In this document: positions 43,681 to 53,905 of the stretch, one piece after another
Numbering within the stretch: position 1 is the stretch's first letter
Layout of the letters: every line of letters starts with the position of its first letter
Assembly (NCBI GenBank): GCA_023267045.1
Contig: JAHFOB010000004.1
Coordinates: 1-56,342 of the forward strand
DNA: 56,342 nt
Source: Candidatus Zambryskiibacteriota bacterium
Lineage (GTDB): Bacteria > Patescibacteriota > Minisyncoccia > Phycocordibacterales > DATDWN01
Direction of reading: 5' to 3'
The notes under the pieces: generated by a model
Database searches by the model: none
What the model saw: only the letters and a program-made list of their open reading frames with translations
What the model was told of the DNA's origin: nothing
Program-made: the position numbers and the translations under genes

Positions 43681-45670
43681 GAATTATCTAGAAAACCTGA
43701 ACGAAAACCAGAAAAAAGCTGTTTTAACTACTGAAGGACCCGTTTTGATCGTAGCTGGTGCTGGAGCTGGCAAAACCAAGACTATAACTCACAGAATTTT
43801 ACATCTAATACTGAACGGGATCTCACCGGAGAGAATTTTGGCTATAACTTTTACAAACAAAGCAGCTAAAGAAATGCGGGATAGGGTTTTACAATTGCTC
43901 AGATTCGAATATGGAGAGCGCTCGCCCCGTAGCGAGCTCCGCTCTGCTACCGGGGTGCCATTTGTCAGCACATTTCACTCACTAGGAGTACAAATTCTGA
44001 AAGAAAATGCCGAATTGTTAAAACTGCCACGACATTTCAATATTTTTGATACAGCCGACTCAAAAAAAGCTCTGAAAGAAGCAATGCTCCACCTCGGCAT
44101 AGACCCGAAAGAAAATTTGGATAAGGTCAGGCATATTATTTCTAACGAAAAAGGTAGAGGAGTGACTGTATCTGAATATCTAGAAAGGGGGGCTTTTGAC
44201 TTTACATCAGAACTTGTAAAAAAAACGTGGGCAAAATACGAAGAGATATTGAATAAAGAAAAAGCTTTGGATTTTGATGATTTACTATTAAAAACTTTGA
44301 AACTCCTACAAAAATATCCTGATATTTTGGAGAAATACCAAGAAAGATTTTTATACATACACGTAGACGAATACCAAGACACAAACAAAGTCCAGAATTA
44401 TATTGTTGACCTTTTAGCTAGGAAATATAGAAATCTGTGTGTTGTTGGAGATACAGATCAAAATATTTATAGTTGGCGAGGAGCAGAAATAAAAAACATG
44501 TTGCATTTCGAAAAAACCTACCCGGAAGTCCAGACTTTTTTTCTCGAACAGAACTATCGTTCGACAAAAAACATCTTGGCCGTTGCAAATGAAATAATCG
44601 AAAAAAATAATTTTCGCATTCCGAAAAAACTTTTTACAGAAAAAGAAGCTGGAGAAAAAATTGGCCTGTTTGAAGGAAGAAGTGAAGTAGATGAAGCACA
44701 TTTTATCGCTTTAAAATCAAAGGAGTTGATAGATGGTGGGGAAAAAGCAGAGGAGATAGCCGTTCTATACAGAGCCAATTTTCAGTCACGCGTATTGGAG
44801 GAAGCTTTTTTGGCCTACGGTGTTCCATACCAAATGCTAGGCACAAAGTTTTTTGAAAGAAAAGAAATCAAAGATGTTTTGAGTTTTATAAAAGCATCGC
44901 TCAATCCAGAAAGTCTGAGTGACTTGACTCGAATTATAAATATTCCTGCTAGAGGTATCGGAAAAACTACTTTACAAAAAATTATTTCTGGAAAAGAATC
45001 TGAATTGCCAGAAAGTATGAAAATAAAAATAAATAATTTCCGAAATATACTTAATGATTTCAAAAATGTCTTGACCAGCCAAAAACCAAGTGATGCTTTG
45101 AAATATATTATAAAAACTTCTGGAATGGAAAATATGTACAACACTGGATTGGAAGAAGATACTGATAGACTAGAAAACGTCATGGAACTTGTGACCCTTG
45201 CCACAGGATACGATATATACCCAGCAGAAGACCCCGAAGTAGAGCAAGCTCACTACGGGGCAAGCGGAATTGAAAAATTTTTGACTGACTCGGCCTTGGC
45301 TACGGACCAAGACGCTCTAGATCAACCAAAAAATGGTGTGAAACTGATGACTGTCCACTCATCAAAAGGTCTTGAATTCGACTACGTTTTCGTCTCTGGT
45401 ATGGAAGCTGATCTTTTTCCCCATACAAAAATGAATCGTGTAAAAAAATCTGGTGAAGAGGCTGAAGAGGAGAGACGACTTTTTTATGTTGCGGTCACTC
45501 GAGCCGGTAAAAAACTTTTCTTGACCTATGCCAGAGTACGGACTATATTTGGGACAATGGAAGTAAATTCTCCATCAGAGTTTCTAGACGATATCCCTGC
45601 AAAATACACAGAGCAAGAATCTTTTGTTGGAGAAACGCCAAGAAAAGCCATATTCAGTATAGATTTCTAA
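43679..45670 (+). CDS. pcrA: ATP-dependent DNA helicase PcrA/UvrD
   Basis: 663 aa with motifs AGAGAGKTKT, TFTNKAAKEM, VDEYQDTN, GDTDQNIYSWRGA, QNYRS, MTVHSSKGLEF and YVAVTRA. Confidence 0.92.
   Translation: MNYLENLNENQKKAVLTTEGPVLIVAGAGAGKTKTITHRILHLILNGISPERILAITFTNKAAKEMRDRVLQLLRFEYGERSPRSELRSATGVPFVSTFHSLGVQILKENAELLKLPRHFNIFDTADSKKALKEAMLHLGIDPKENLDKVRHIISNEKGRGVTVSEYLERGAFDFTSELVKKTWAKYEEILNKEKALDFDDLLLKTLKLLQKYPDILEKYQERFLYIHVDEYQDTNKVQNYIVDLLARKYRNLCVVGDTDQNIYSWRGAEIKNMLHFEKTYPEVQTFFLEQNYRSTKNILAVANEIIEKNNFRIPKKLFTEKEAGEKIGLFEGRSEVDEAHFIALKSKELIDGGEKAEEIAVLYRANFQSRVLEEAFLAYGVPYQMLGTKFFERKEIKDVLSFIKASLNPESLSDLTRIINIPARGIGKTTLQKIISGKESELPESMKIKINNFRNILNDFKNVLTSQKPSDALKYIIKTSGMENMYNTGLEEDTDRLENVMELVTLATGYDIYPAEDPEVEQAHYGASGIEKFLTDSALATDQDALDQPKNGVKLMTVHSSKGLEFDYVFVSGMEADLFPHTKMNRVKKSGEEAEEERRLFYVAVTRAGKKLFLTYARVRTIFGTMEVNSPSEFLDDIPAKYTEQESFVGETPRKAIFSIDF
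43925..43955. repeat. Family 2 short palindrome located in-frame inside pcrA (copy 1)
   Basis: ccccgtagcgagctccgctctgctaccgggg encodes PRSELRSATG between helicase motifs Ia and Ib. Confidence 0.75.
45232..45260. repeat. Family 2 short palindrome located in-frame inside pcrA (copy 2, inverted)
   Basis: ccccgaagtagagcaagctcactacgggg encodes PEVEQAHYG. Confidence 0.75.
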
Positions 45671-45672
45671 AA

Positions 45673-46455
45673 ATGCAAACAAAAAAATCACTTGGACAAC
45701 ATTTTTTAAATTCTCCGCAGACACTACAAAGTATTGTTGTTTCTGGGAAAATCCAAAAAGAAAATGTTGTTTTAGAAATAGGACCAGGTGAAGGAGTTTT
45801 AACTGAAGTCTTACTTAAAACAGGAGCTCGGATAATTTCTATAGAAAAAGATGATCGTTTGATACCATATTTACAAAAAAAATTTGAAAAGGAAATTGAG
45901 AAAAAACAACTTAATTTAATTCATGCAGATATTTTAAAGATTGGATTGGCAGATATTACAAATGGAAAATACAAAGTTGTAGCCAATATCCCATACTATA
46001 TAACAGGACAGATTTTGAGAATGTTTTTGGAAAGTGATAACCAACCAGAGTCTATGACCCTGCTTGTACAAAAAGAAGTAGCTGATCGGATCGCGGCAAA
46101 AGACGGAAAGGAAAGTTTGCTTTCTCTGTCTATCAAAGTTTTTGGCAATCCGAAATATATAAAAACTGTCGGTCGAAATGCTTTCAAACCGCAACCAAAC
46201 GTAGACTCAGCAATTTTAAATATAGAAAACATTTCTAAGAAAAAACTTTCTGGCTTGTCAGAAAAAACTTTTTTTGAAATTCTACATCTAGGATTTGCTC
46301 ATAAACGCAAACAGCTTTTGCCAAATCTATCGGCAAAATACGACAAAATTATACTTATTAAAGCTTTTGAAAAATGTCATCTAAACCCTAAATGTAGAGC
46401 GGAAGATATCTCTATCGAGACATGGATAAAACTCTGTACTATAATAGCCAAATGA
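45673..46455 (+). CDS. rsmA: 16S rRNA (adenine1518/1519-N6)-dimethyltransferase RsmA/KsgA
   Basis: KSLGQHFL, EIGPGEGVLT and NIPYYIT. Confidence 0.92.
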   Translation: MQTKKSLGQHFLNSPQTLQSIVVSGKIQKENVVLEIGPGEGVLTEVLLKTGARIISIEKDDRLIPYLQKKFEKEIEKKQLNLIHADILKIGLADITNGKYKVVANIPYYITGQILRMFLESDNQPESMTLLVQKEVADRIAAKDGKESLLSLSIKVFGNPKYIKTVGRNAFKPQPNVDSAILNIENISKKKLSGLSEKTFFEILHLGFAHKRKQLLPNLSAKYDKIILIKAFEKCHLNPKCRAEDISIETWIKLCTIIAK

Positions 46456-48104
46456 TAGAAAAGGTATTGGGCTATGTTAGAAAAACTCCTATTACCATAA
46501 CGGGGTGGGGGTTGAGTTTCATTGGAATACTTTTTATACGTTTCTTTTTTGAATCAATATCAAGCCCGACATCATCTGGCATAATTCCATCTGACCCATA
46601 CACTTTGATCCATTATGGGTTATTTTTCCTTCTACTTACACTTGTTAGCTCTTTGATTGTCGGATATTTTACAAAAGATTATGCGGAGGCACCAAAAATT
46701 CTTTTGTTTGGACTTCCATTACTTTGGCTTGCTCCATTTATCGATATTATCTTGAGCCATGGCAGAGGATACAAGATGCTCTATCTTTTTGATACTGGAA
46801 ATAAACTGATTTTTGATTTTCTGACATTTTTTGGTAGAAGTCTAACTTATGGCGCTACATACGGTATGAGAATAGGAATTGGCATAGCTATTTTGGGTCT
46901 TGGTTACTATATCTGGCTCCAAAGTAAAAATGTATTGCGTGGTATTCTCGGAGTATTGTCTTTATATTTAATAATATTTATTATCGGCAGTTTACCAGGA
47001 GTATTTTATACATTGGCACATTTGAACAACTCTGTTAGTACACAACCAGAAGTTGTAAACTATTTTGAAAAAATAATTACACAGTCAACAATTGCTCATA
47101 ATACACTGCATGATGGAATTGCCTCGGTATCTCGAGCACGATTTATAGAATTGGGTTTTGATAAACTGCTTTCACAGATACTTTTTATCATCTCTTGTAT
47201 TTTCGGAACACTACTTTTTTGGAAAATCGACCAAAAAAGATTTCTCGCTGTCGTAGGAAACTGCAGGAGAGAACGTTTGACCTTTTATACTATCTCTCTT
47301 CTTTGCGGAATGGCTTTTGCGTATATAAACAATCTTGGGGATTCATTTGTTTTCATAGATTTGTTTGGAGTTTTGTGTTTGGTCATTGCCTGGGCAGGAC
47401 TGTGGATGCACGCCGTGCATACAAACGACATTATTGATATTGAGATAGATAAAATATCTAACAAAAATAGACCTTTGGTAAAAAAAGAATTGGATGAAAA
47501 AAATATGACTGACATAGGAAACCTGTGGCTTGCCATAGCCCTTCTCGGAGCGTGGTCAGCAGGATTTTACCCATTTTTTATGGCCCTTGTTTATGTTGCT
47601 GCTTCTTACATATATTCATCTCCACCACTTCGTCTAAGACAAATGCCACTCGTGCCTTCATTTATCATAGCTACAGCATGTCTTTCGACAATTTTGGCTG
47701 GGTTCTTTTTTATATCTGTAAATAAAAATATTCAAACATTTCCTGTCTTTCTGGCCTTGGGTATTGTCATTATGGTCACACTTGCGATAAATTTCAAAGA
47801 TATAAAAGATATAGAAGGGGATAAAGCAAACGGAATAGTTACTCTACCGATATTGTTTGGAGAAAATGGTGTGAAAATTGTCGGACTTTGTTTTGCTTTG
47901 AGTATTTTATTTGTTCCTTTTTTCCTTTCTTTTTATATTTTGTATATTATTTCCATTCCGTGTGCTTTTATTGGTTATAGATTGGTTACAAAAAAACCTT
48001 ATAAAGAAAAACCTATTTTTATTCTGCGTTTTGTTTTTCTAGCAGGAATTGCTTTGTTTTATTTGATAATATACTACTTGGCTCATATTTATAATCTAGT
48101 TTAA
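46452..48104 (+). CDS. Polytopic membrane protein with a C-terminal UbiA-type prenyltransferase domain
   Basis: NDIIDIEIDKISNKNRPL (NDxxDxxxD) and a second Asp-rich motif KDIKDIEGDK. There is a likely ATGA overlap start at 46452. Confidence 0.75.
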   Translation: MIEKVLGYVRKTPITITGWGLSFIGILFIRFFFESISSPTSSGIIPSDPYTLIHYGLFFLLLTLVSSLIVGYFTKDYAEAPKILLFGLPLLWLAPFIDIILSHGRGYKMLYLFDTGNKLIFDFLTFFGRSLTYGATYGMRIGIGIAILGLGYYIWLQSKNVLRGILGVLSLYLIIFIIGSLPGVFYTLAHLNNSVSTQPEVVNYFEKIITQSTIAHNTLHDGIASVSRARFIELGFDKLLSQILFIISCIFGTLLFWKIDQKRFLAVVGNCRRERLTFYTISLLCGMAFAYINNLGDSFVFIDLFGVLCLVIAWAGLWMHAVHTNDIIDIEIDKISNKNRPLVKKELDEKNMTDIGNLWLAIALLGAWSAGFYPFFMALVYVAASYIYSSPPLRLRQMPLVPSFIIATACLSTILAGFFFISVNKNIQTFPVFLALGIVIMVTLAINFKDIKDIEGDKANGIVTLPILFGENGVKIVGLCFALSILFVPFFLSFYILYIISIPCAFIGYRLVTKKPYKEKPIFILRFVFLAGIALFYLIIYYLAHIYNLV

Positions 48105-48136
48105 CCCTAGGTTTGTGTTCGTGTTACAATAAAGCT

Positions 48137-48967
48137 ATGCCGAGTCGTAAAATTTTCTCTATTTTGATAATTTGTATTGCCATTGTTACTTCAACATGGC
48201 TACTTTTAGGAAAATCATCTGGGACAACCGGTGCAGAAAATGCAAACTCTAACACTCTTTCGGTCAGGTCATACTCAACTACAACAAACGATGATTGGAA
48301 AAAAATGATTGCAAGCGTCAACACAACAACTGAAATTGCACCAAACTTGATAGATAGTGGCCAAGACACTCCTGATGATACAACTCTAACATCGCAACTA
48401 TCTATAGACCTTATGTCTAGATATTTACTTATGAAAAAGGGTGGGGCGACTATTTCAACAGACGATGCAACAAATATTGCTAAAAGTGTCATGTCCTCTC
48501 CACAATATAGTCAAATAAGTGCGGCAGTATATGTGGAATCAAATTTACACACAACAAACGCTAACGATACAAAGACATTAACGAGATACAGGGATGGAAT
48601 TAACCTGGTACTAAAAAATAGATCCGCCCAAGTTGACCAAAATTCGTTTGTCTCTTTAAGCAAATCAATAAAATCAGGTGATTTTAGCCAAATGTCACAA
48701 CTAAACCCTCTTATTGAAGCGTCAAAAGGATTAATTTCAGACCTTCTTTCTATAACTGTACCGAAAGATGCACTGAAAGTTCACTTAGACCTTCTAAACG
48801 CGACCAGTAATGTTTTAGAAAGTATAAAAGGAATGCAAGAAACTTTTGTAGACCCTGTAAAAGGCTATATTGCTTTAAATCAATACACTAAAAACATGGC
48901 TGATTTTCAAACAGCACTTGGAAACATGAACTTATATTTCACTCAAAGATTGGGTTCCAGTCAGTAG
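48137..48967 (+). CDS. Membrane-anchored hypothetical protein
   Basis: MPSRKIFSILIICIAIVTSTWLL anchor; no recognisable motifs. Confidence 0.55.
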   Translation: MPSRKIFSILIICIAIVTSTWLLLGKSSGTTGAENANSNTLSVRSYSTTTNDDWKKMIASVNTTTEIAPNLIDSGQDTPDDTTLTSQLSIDLMSRYLLMKKGGATISTDDATNIAKSVMSSPQYSQISAAVYVESNLHTTNANDTKTLTRYRDGINLVLKNRSAQVDQNSFVSLSKSIKSGDFSQMSQLNPLIEASKGLISDLLSITVPKDALKVHLDLLNATSNVLESIKGMQETFVDPVKGYIALNQYTKNMADFQTALGNMNLYFTQRLGSSQ

Positions 48968-49041
48968 GCATTTAGACAAATACTTTTCAACAGAAATATT
49001 AGTATTTGAAAGGTTTAATAGTATATAATTACTATACCTTT

Positions 49042-51603
49042 ATGTCTTTTTTAAGCCGAATAAACCGCACTAAAAAACTATTCGTAGGAAGTATGATTTT
49101 TCTGTCTGTTTTTCTGATTTTCCCAAATAAAACCCACGCGCAATACGTAGATATAGCTAACAATATAAAAGAATACGTTGCAGACCCATTTGCATATCAA
49201 GTTGCAAATCAACTTTTAAAAAAAATGACGGCTTCAACTATAAAATGGATCAATGGTGGTTTTAAGGGTAAACCTGCCTACGTCCAGGACCCAAGCCAGT
49301 TTTTTCTAGACACTGCAGATGACGCAGCTTCTTTGGTGTTATCTAACACTAGCCTAAATCGTCTTTGTGCTCCATTTAACCCACAGGTTAGGTTAGCCTT
49401 AGTTAAAAACTACATAAATCAAGACCAGAATTTCTGTACATTAAGCAAAGTGAAAGATAATTATGATCAATTCACCCAAGATTTTTCTCAAGGTGGTTGG
49501 GACGGTTGGTTTGAGATAACTCAAAATAGCAGCAACAATCCATACGGAGCGTATTTAAACATCCAATCTGAAATAAATAAAACGATTGATTCTCAAACAA
49601 AAAAATACAGCGATCAATTGCTTCAAGGTAATGGAGTCTTGTCATTTGAAACATGCAAACCAGGCACCCAAATCACCCAAGCAGAAGTTGACCAGGGTTA
49701 TGTGGTGGACACGCCAGGTCATCGTCTTTATATCACTAACCAAAAAGCAGGTGATTGTTTTATCCAGAATAAACAGACTTCAACTCCTGGAAGTGTCATA
49801 GAATCCCAACTAAATGAAGTTCTTGGTAGTGCAAACGGAAAATTGAAAGTCGCTGATGAAGTAAATGAAATTATAGGAGCAGCTCTTAGTGAAGCAGCTA
49901 CCCTTGCTCTAGGTAAAGCCGGTGGTCTATTTGGAGGAAGTAAAAAAACAAGCGGAAGCCAAACATTGGCAGACAAGTTGGCTACAGAACCTCAAGACCC
50001 ATTACCAAATTCAAGTGCGGGAAATGTTGGGTCTGTAACAGGTAGTATGACTTGTGTACAACAACCAGATAAAACTGACAATAATGGAAATACAATTCAC
50101 GGGCAAATGTCTTGTGTTATCAACACAGGAAAAGCTGACCTGTGCCCAGTCTCACCAAACGCTCGTGGCAATGACCCTGGAGCACCAAACTCTGTCGATG
50201 TAACAAAAGTAGTTTGGAATCAAGCCAATCTATCAACATGGATAGGGCCAGGACTTGTTGCAGGCGTTGGGGCTAATTTAAATAATGTTGGTGCTGATCA
50301 AAATCTCATACACTTCGACTATACAACTCCAAACTGGCCTGCTTTTGATATTGGGAACGGTCCATCAAATCCTGCTTTAGCTAGTACATGGGTTTTTGTC
50401 TGGAGAAAAGATACTGCTACAACCATTGCAATAAATGATGATGTAAGAAGTAAACTTATAGACTTAGAAAATGCTCTTTCTGTTGATGTTGCAAGTCGCC
50501 CGGGTTTTCTAAGTTCAACTTCATTAAGAACTTGGTTCCTCAGCCCTAACATCTGGCCACAAGTTGGAGATAATGATGGGGGATTACTTGGTTCTAACTC
50601 TGTCAAACCAAAAACAGATAGGTATCAAAATATTCTTAATGCTGTCTCAGACGCGGAGGATTTTGTTAAATTTTATACAATAGATGACCCAAATCAAGAC
50701 CCGAAACCATGGAATTTTATTTCTGGTGAAATTGCAAATTTAGAGACAGAAACAGATAAAACCACGACTTTGTTTAATGATATTAGAAACAATAATGGTC
50801 ACACAAACCAAACTGTAAAAGCTATAGATTTCGCAAAAATGGAAGGCTATGCAAAAACAACTATCCCTGCAATTGATGCTTTGCTAGCCAAAATCGATCT
50901 TCTATTAAACCCTCCACCTGCTGGAACAGGAAAGTGGAATGCCTATCCATTTAGTTATCTATTCCAAAACAGACCGAACGACGTTAGTACTGGAGATATT
51001 TTCTGTTCACCTCCTGATTTCAAACCAACTGCTGGTGAAACTTATGGATTTATGATTTCAACCCCAGCAGGAAGCCAAGCTGTTATAGATGACCAACAAA
51101 ACTTGAAAGAAAAAAGTAATATTATTCAGTATGTTTGGCCTGATGGAATAAAAAAGCCAGCACCTGGGACTCCAACACTACCTGATATTACTATCCCCCC
51201 AGATTTTGGAACTGGGGGTGGTGGCACGTACGCAACGTGTGCAGATACACCTACAGCTTTGGCATGTTCCGCATCAAACCAGACTGCTTTAGTTGACAGA
51301 GTTATAAATTATGTTCGATCGGCAGGTATTTATAACTTTATACCAAAAACAGCAGACTGGTGTGGAAAATATGAGATTGTTCGACGTGTAGCCTGTACGC
51401 TAGGGACTGGGGTACTTGTTTCCTACCATAGCAGTAGTTGCAACGGTATAGATGGCAGATATATTGCTTTTTCAGATAATTCTGAACTGAAAGTTCTTAA
51501 TGACAATGGGTCAACATGGGATCCTGGACCCCCTGGGACGGAGTACCCTGGAGTACGTTACCAAGCGCCAGATTGCCCTAATGATCCACCAGGAAGTTAT
51601 TGA
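49042..51603 (+). CDS. Large secreted hypothetical protein (T4SS-like cluster)
   Basis: Signal peptide MSFLSRINRTKKLFVGSMIFLSVFLIFPNKTHAQ; 853 aa from ATG 49042; Cys- and Pro-rich C-terminal part. Confidence 0.6.
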   Translation: MSFLSRINRTKKLFVGSMIFLSVFLIFPNKTHAQYVDIANNIKEYVADPFAYQVANQLLKKMTASTIKWINGGFKGKPAYVQDPSQFFLDTADDAASLVLSNTSLNRLCAPFNPQVRLALVKNYINQDQNFCTLSKVKDNYDQFTQDFSQGGWDGWFEITQNSSNNPYGAYLNIQSEINKTIDSQTKKYSDQLLQGNGVLSFETCKPGTQITQAEVDQGYVVDTPGHRLYITNQKAGDCFIQNKQTSTPGSVIESQLNEVLGSANGKLKVADEVNEIIGAALSEAATLALGKAGGLFGGSKKTSGSQTLADKLATEPQDPLPNSSAGNVGSVTGSMTCVQQPDKTDNNGNTIHGQMSCVINTGKADLCPVSPNARGNDPGAPNSVDVTKVVWNQANLSTWIGPGLVAGVGANLNNVGADQNLIHFDYTTPNWPAFDIGNGPSNPALASTWVFVWRKDTATTIAINDDVRSKLIDLENALSVDVASRPGFLSSTSLRTWFLSPNIWPQVGDNDGGLLGSNSVKPKTDRYQNILNAVSDAEDFVKFYTIDDPNQDPKPWNFISGEIANLETETDKTTTLFNDIRNNNGHTNQTVKAIDFAKMEGYAKTTIPAIDALLAKIDLLLNPPPAGTGKWNAYPFSYLFQNRPNDVSTGDIFCSPPDFKPTAGETYGFMISTPAGSQAVIDDQQNLKEKSNIIQYVWPDGIKKPAPGTPTLPDITIPPDFGTGGGGTYATCADTPTALACSASNQTALVDRVINYVRSAGIYNFIPKTADWCGKYEIVRRVACTLGTGVLVSYHSSSCNGIDGRYIAFSDNSELKVLNDNGSTWDPGPPGTEYPGVRYQAPDCPNDPPGSY

Positions 51604-51607
51604 AATG

Positions 51608-51699
51608 CCCCGTAGTAGAAGTTGGCATTGCAAAGAGTACTTTGCAAGAAAACAAAATGCCAACTTCACTACAGGGCTATCCCGTAGTGAAAATGACAT
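51608..51699. repeat. Family 2 long palindrome plus the arm atcccgtagtgaaaatgacat (paralogous to 38409-38537)
   Basis: It starts 4 nt after the stop codon at 51601-51603. Confidence 0.85.
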
Positions 51700-51802
51700 G
51701 AAGAAATACAAAAAATAAAAAATGAATGAGTCAGTAACAAAAAAACATAGTGGTGATAAAAAATATTCCGTTCTACGAACTATGTCATTTTCTACTATCG
51801 GG

Positions 51803-53905
51803 ATGAAAAAGTTTTTACCCTACATTTTAATGTTTGTAATAGCAGTCGGGTTTTTTAATCCATCATTAGCTGGTGCAGCTTCAGCATACGAAAACTGTGT
51901 AGCTGAAAATAGAGTGCTTGCGGAAACTGCAAGTGATGGCACTGTATACCAAGACTGTAGCCGTTTGCCCGGAGCACCGTCAGATGCATATAAACCAACA
52001 AGTTTAGGGTCGGCAATTTTTGGTGGAAGTGGAGCCGATTGTGGGTTATCTCCCACAACATGGGCTACGTGTTTCTCGCATCTTTTTGTCTGGATCTCCT
52101 ACTTGATTTTAGGACTCGTATCTCTAGTACTTTGGATGGCAGGCGTTCTACTGGATTATGTTTTGAAATACACCATACTCGGAATGTCAGAAAATATAAA
52201 AAATCTAGCTGGAATAAACATTGCATGGAAAACAATAAAAGACTTGATGAACATATTGTTTATATTCCTTTTAGTATACGAAGGAATACTGCTCATAATA
52301 GGCCAAAGTGATGTCGGTAAAATCAGAAAGTTTATTACAGGAATTGTGTTAGCTGCTCTTCTCATAAACTTCAGTTTATTTTTTACAAAAGTTTTGATAG
52401 ATGCTTCAAATATAGTAACTATAGGATTTTATAATTCTATCATTGCTCAATCTTCGGAAGTCGTTAATCCATCAGCAAATTACAACAGCACAACTGGTAA
52501 TATTGACCAAGCTATAAGTACTGGAACGATAAGCGGGCTTTCAGTACCTTTCATGAAAGCTCTTGGAGTTTCTAGTTTCTTTTCAAAAGAAAGTATTAGC
52601 CAGATGAGTTCAAACTCTGGTGGTGATACAAACCTTATAATAATAGGCCTTGCAGGATCAATTCTATTTCTCATTGTCTCTTTTGTTTTTTTTGCAGTTT
52701 CTATGATGTTTATAATAAGATACATCGCTCTTATTGTGCTTCTAATGCTGTCGCCAATCGCATATATGGGGATGGCTCTGCCTTTCATGCAAAAATATGC
52801 TAAGGAATGGTGGGAATCTCTCCAAGGACAGTTACTCTTTGCCCCAGTGTATATGCTCATGACTTGGGTTGTATTAACTTTAATGTTTAGCGGTGGTTTT
52901 ATAACTCAAGCTGGACCAGACGGTTGGTCAAAACTGCTTGTAGGGAGTAATGGAGCCGGAAGCCAAGGTTCAATTTCTCTTTTATTTAATTTTGTTGTAA
53001 TTATTGGGCTCATAATAACAACTCTGGTTATATCAAAAAATATAGCCAAAAAAGGCTCTGACCTCATATCAAGTGCTACAAAAAATCTCACGGCATTTGC
53101 AGGCGGAAAAATTGTCGGTGGAGCTGCAAAAATTGGTAGAAGTACTGTTGGAGCAGCGGGCCAGGCTGTTGCTAACAATCAGTGGCTTCGAGAAAGAGCC
53201 CCTGATAGTAGACTGGCACGTACAGCACTTTCTCTTGGATCAAAAACGGGATCAGCAAGCTTTGATGCTAGAGCAACCAGTAGTTTTGGAGCATTAACAG
53301 ATAAAACAGGTGTAAAAGTTGGTAAAGCTGGAGGAAAAGGTGGGTATCAGAAAGATAGAGAGGATAAAATAAATAAAAGAATGGAATTCTTCGAGAAAAA
53401 TGTTATGGCAGATACCATAACCGGTAACAATGTTGAGAATGAAATGACTAATAGAAGGTGGAATAGTCTTGCAGATTACAATTACTTACAAAATACTGTT
53501 GGATTGAGTGGTGCACAAATTGCGTCTATTAATGCTACTGGTACAAGTAAAAATCAGATTGAAGCACTCGGTATAAACGCACGCCAAGCTGAACTTATGA
53601 GACGAAGAGTACAAACAGATCTCAACCGCGCTTCAGAACAAGAGAACTTAAACAGAAAAGATAGGTATCTACATAATCTTAGTCAAACACATTGGTATAC
53701 ACCTAATTTGTATAGTGGAGTTTCTGAAGATGCTGAAGCGGCGAAAAGGATGAGGGATAATAAAAAAGCTAAAAAAGGAGGCAAGGATAAGATCCTAGCA
53801 GATCTTGCGGCAGTGTTAAAAGAAGAGGAACCTGAGACGACCCCACCAACAGGAGGAGCACCGACAACTCCAACACCTCCCGCAGCAGGAGGAACAACAC
53901 CATGA
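51803..53905 (+). CDS. Polytopic membrane protein, VirB6/TrbL-like by architecture and context
   Basis: A signal or anchor MKKFLPYILMFVIAVGFFNPSLAGA, at least 6 hydrophobic segments and a hydrophilic C-terminal tail ending in PTTPTPPAAGGTTP. The stop overlaps the next ATG (ATGA). Confidence 0.5.
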   Translation: MKKFLPYILMFVIAVGFFNPSLAGAASAYENCVAENRVLAETASDGTVYQDCSRLPGAPSDAYKPTSLGSAIFGGSGADCGLSPTTWATCFSHLFVWISYLILGLVSLVLWMAGVLLDYVLKYTILGMSENIKNLAGINIAWKTIKDLMNILFIFLLVYEGILLIIGQSDVGKIRKFITGIVLAALLINFSLFFTKVLIDASNIVTIGFYNSIIAQSSEVVNPSANYNSTTGNIDQAISTGTISGLSVPFMKALGVSSFFSKESISQMSSNSGGDTNLIIIGLAGSILFLIVSFVFFAVSMMFIIRYIALIVLLMLSPIAYMGMALPFMQKYAKEWWESLQGQLLFAPVYMLMTWVVLTLMFSGGFITQAGPDGWSKLLVGSNGAGSQGSISLLFNFVVIIGLIITTLVISKNIAKKGSDLISSATKNLTAFAGGKIVGGAAKIGRSTVGAAGQAVANNQWLRERAPDSRLARTALSLGSKTGSASFDARATSSFGALTDKTGVKVGKAGGKGGYQKDREDKINKRMEFFEKNVMADTITGNNVENEMTNRRWNSLADYNYLQNTVGLSGAQIASINATGTSKNQIEALGINARQAELMRRRVQTDLNRASEQENLNRKDRYLHNLSQTHWYTPNLYSGVSEDAEAAKRMRDNKKAKKGGKDKILADLAAVLKEEEPETTPPTGGAPTTPTPPAAGGTTP

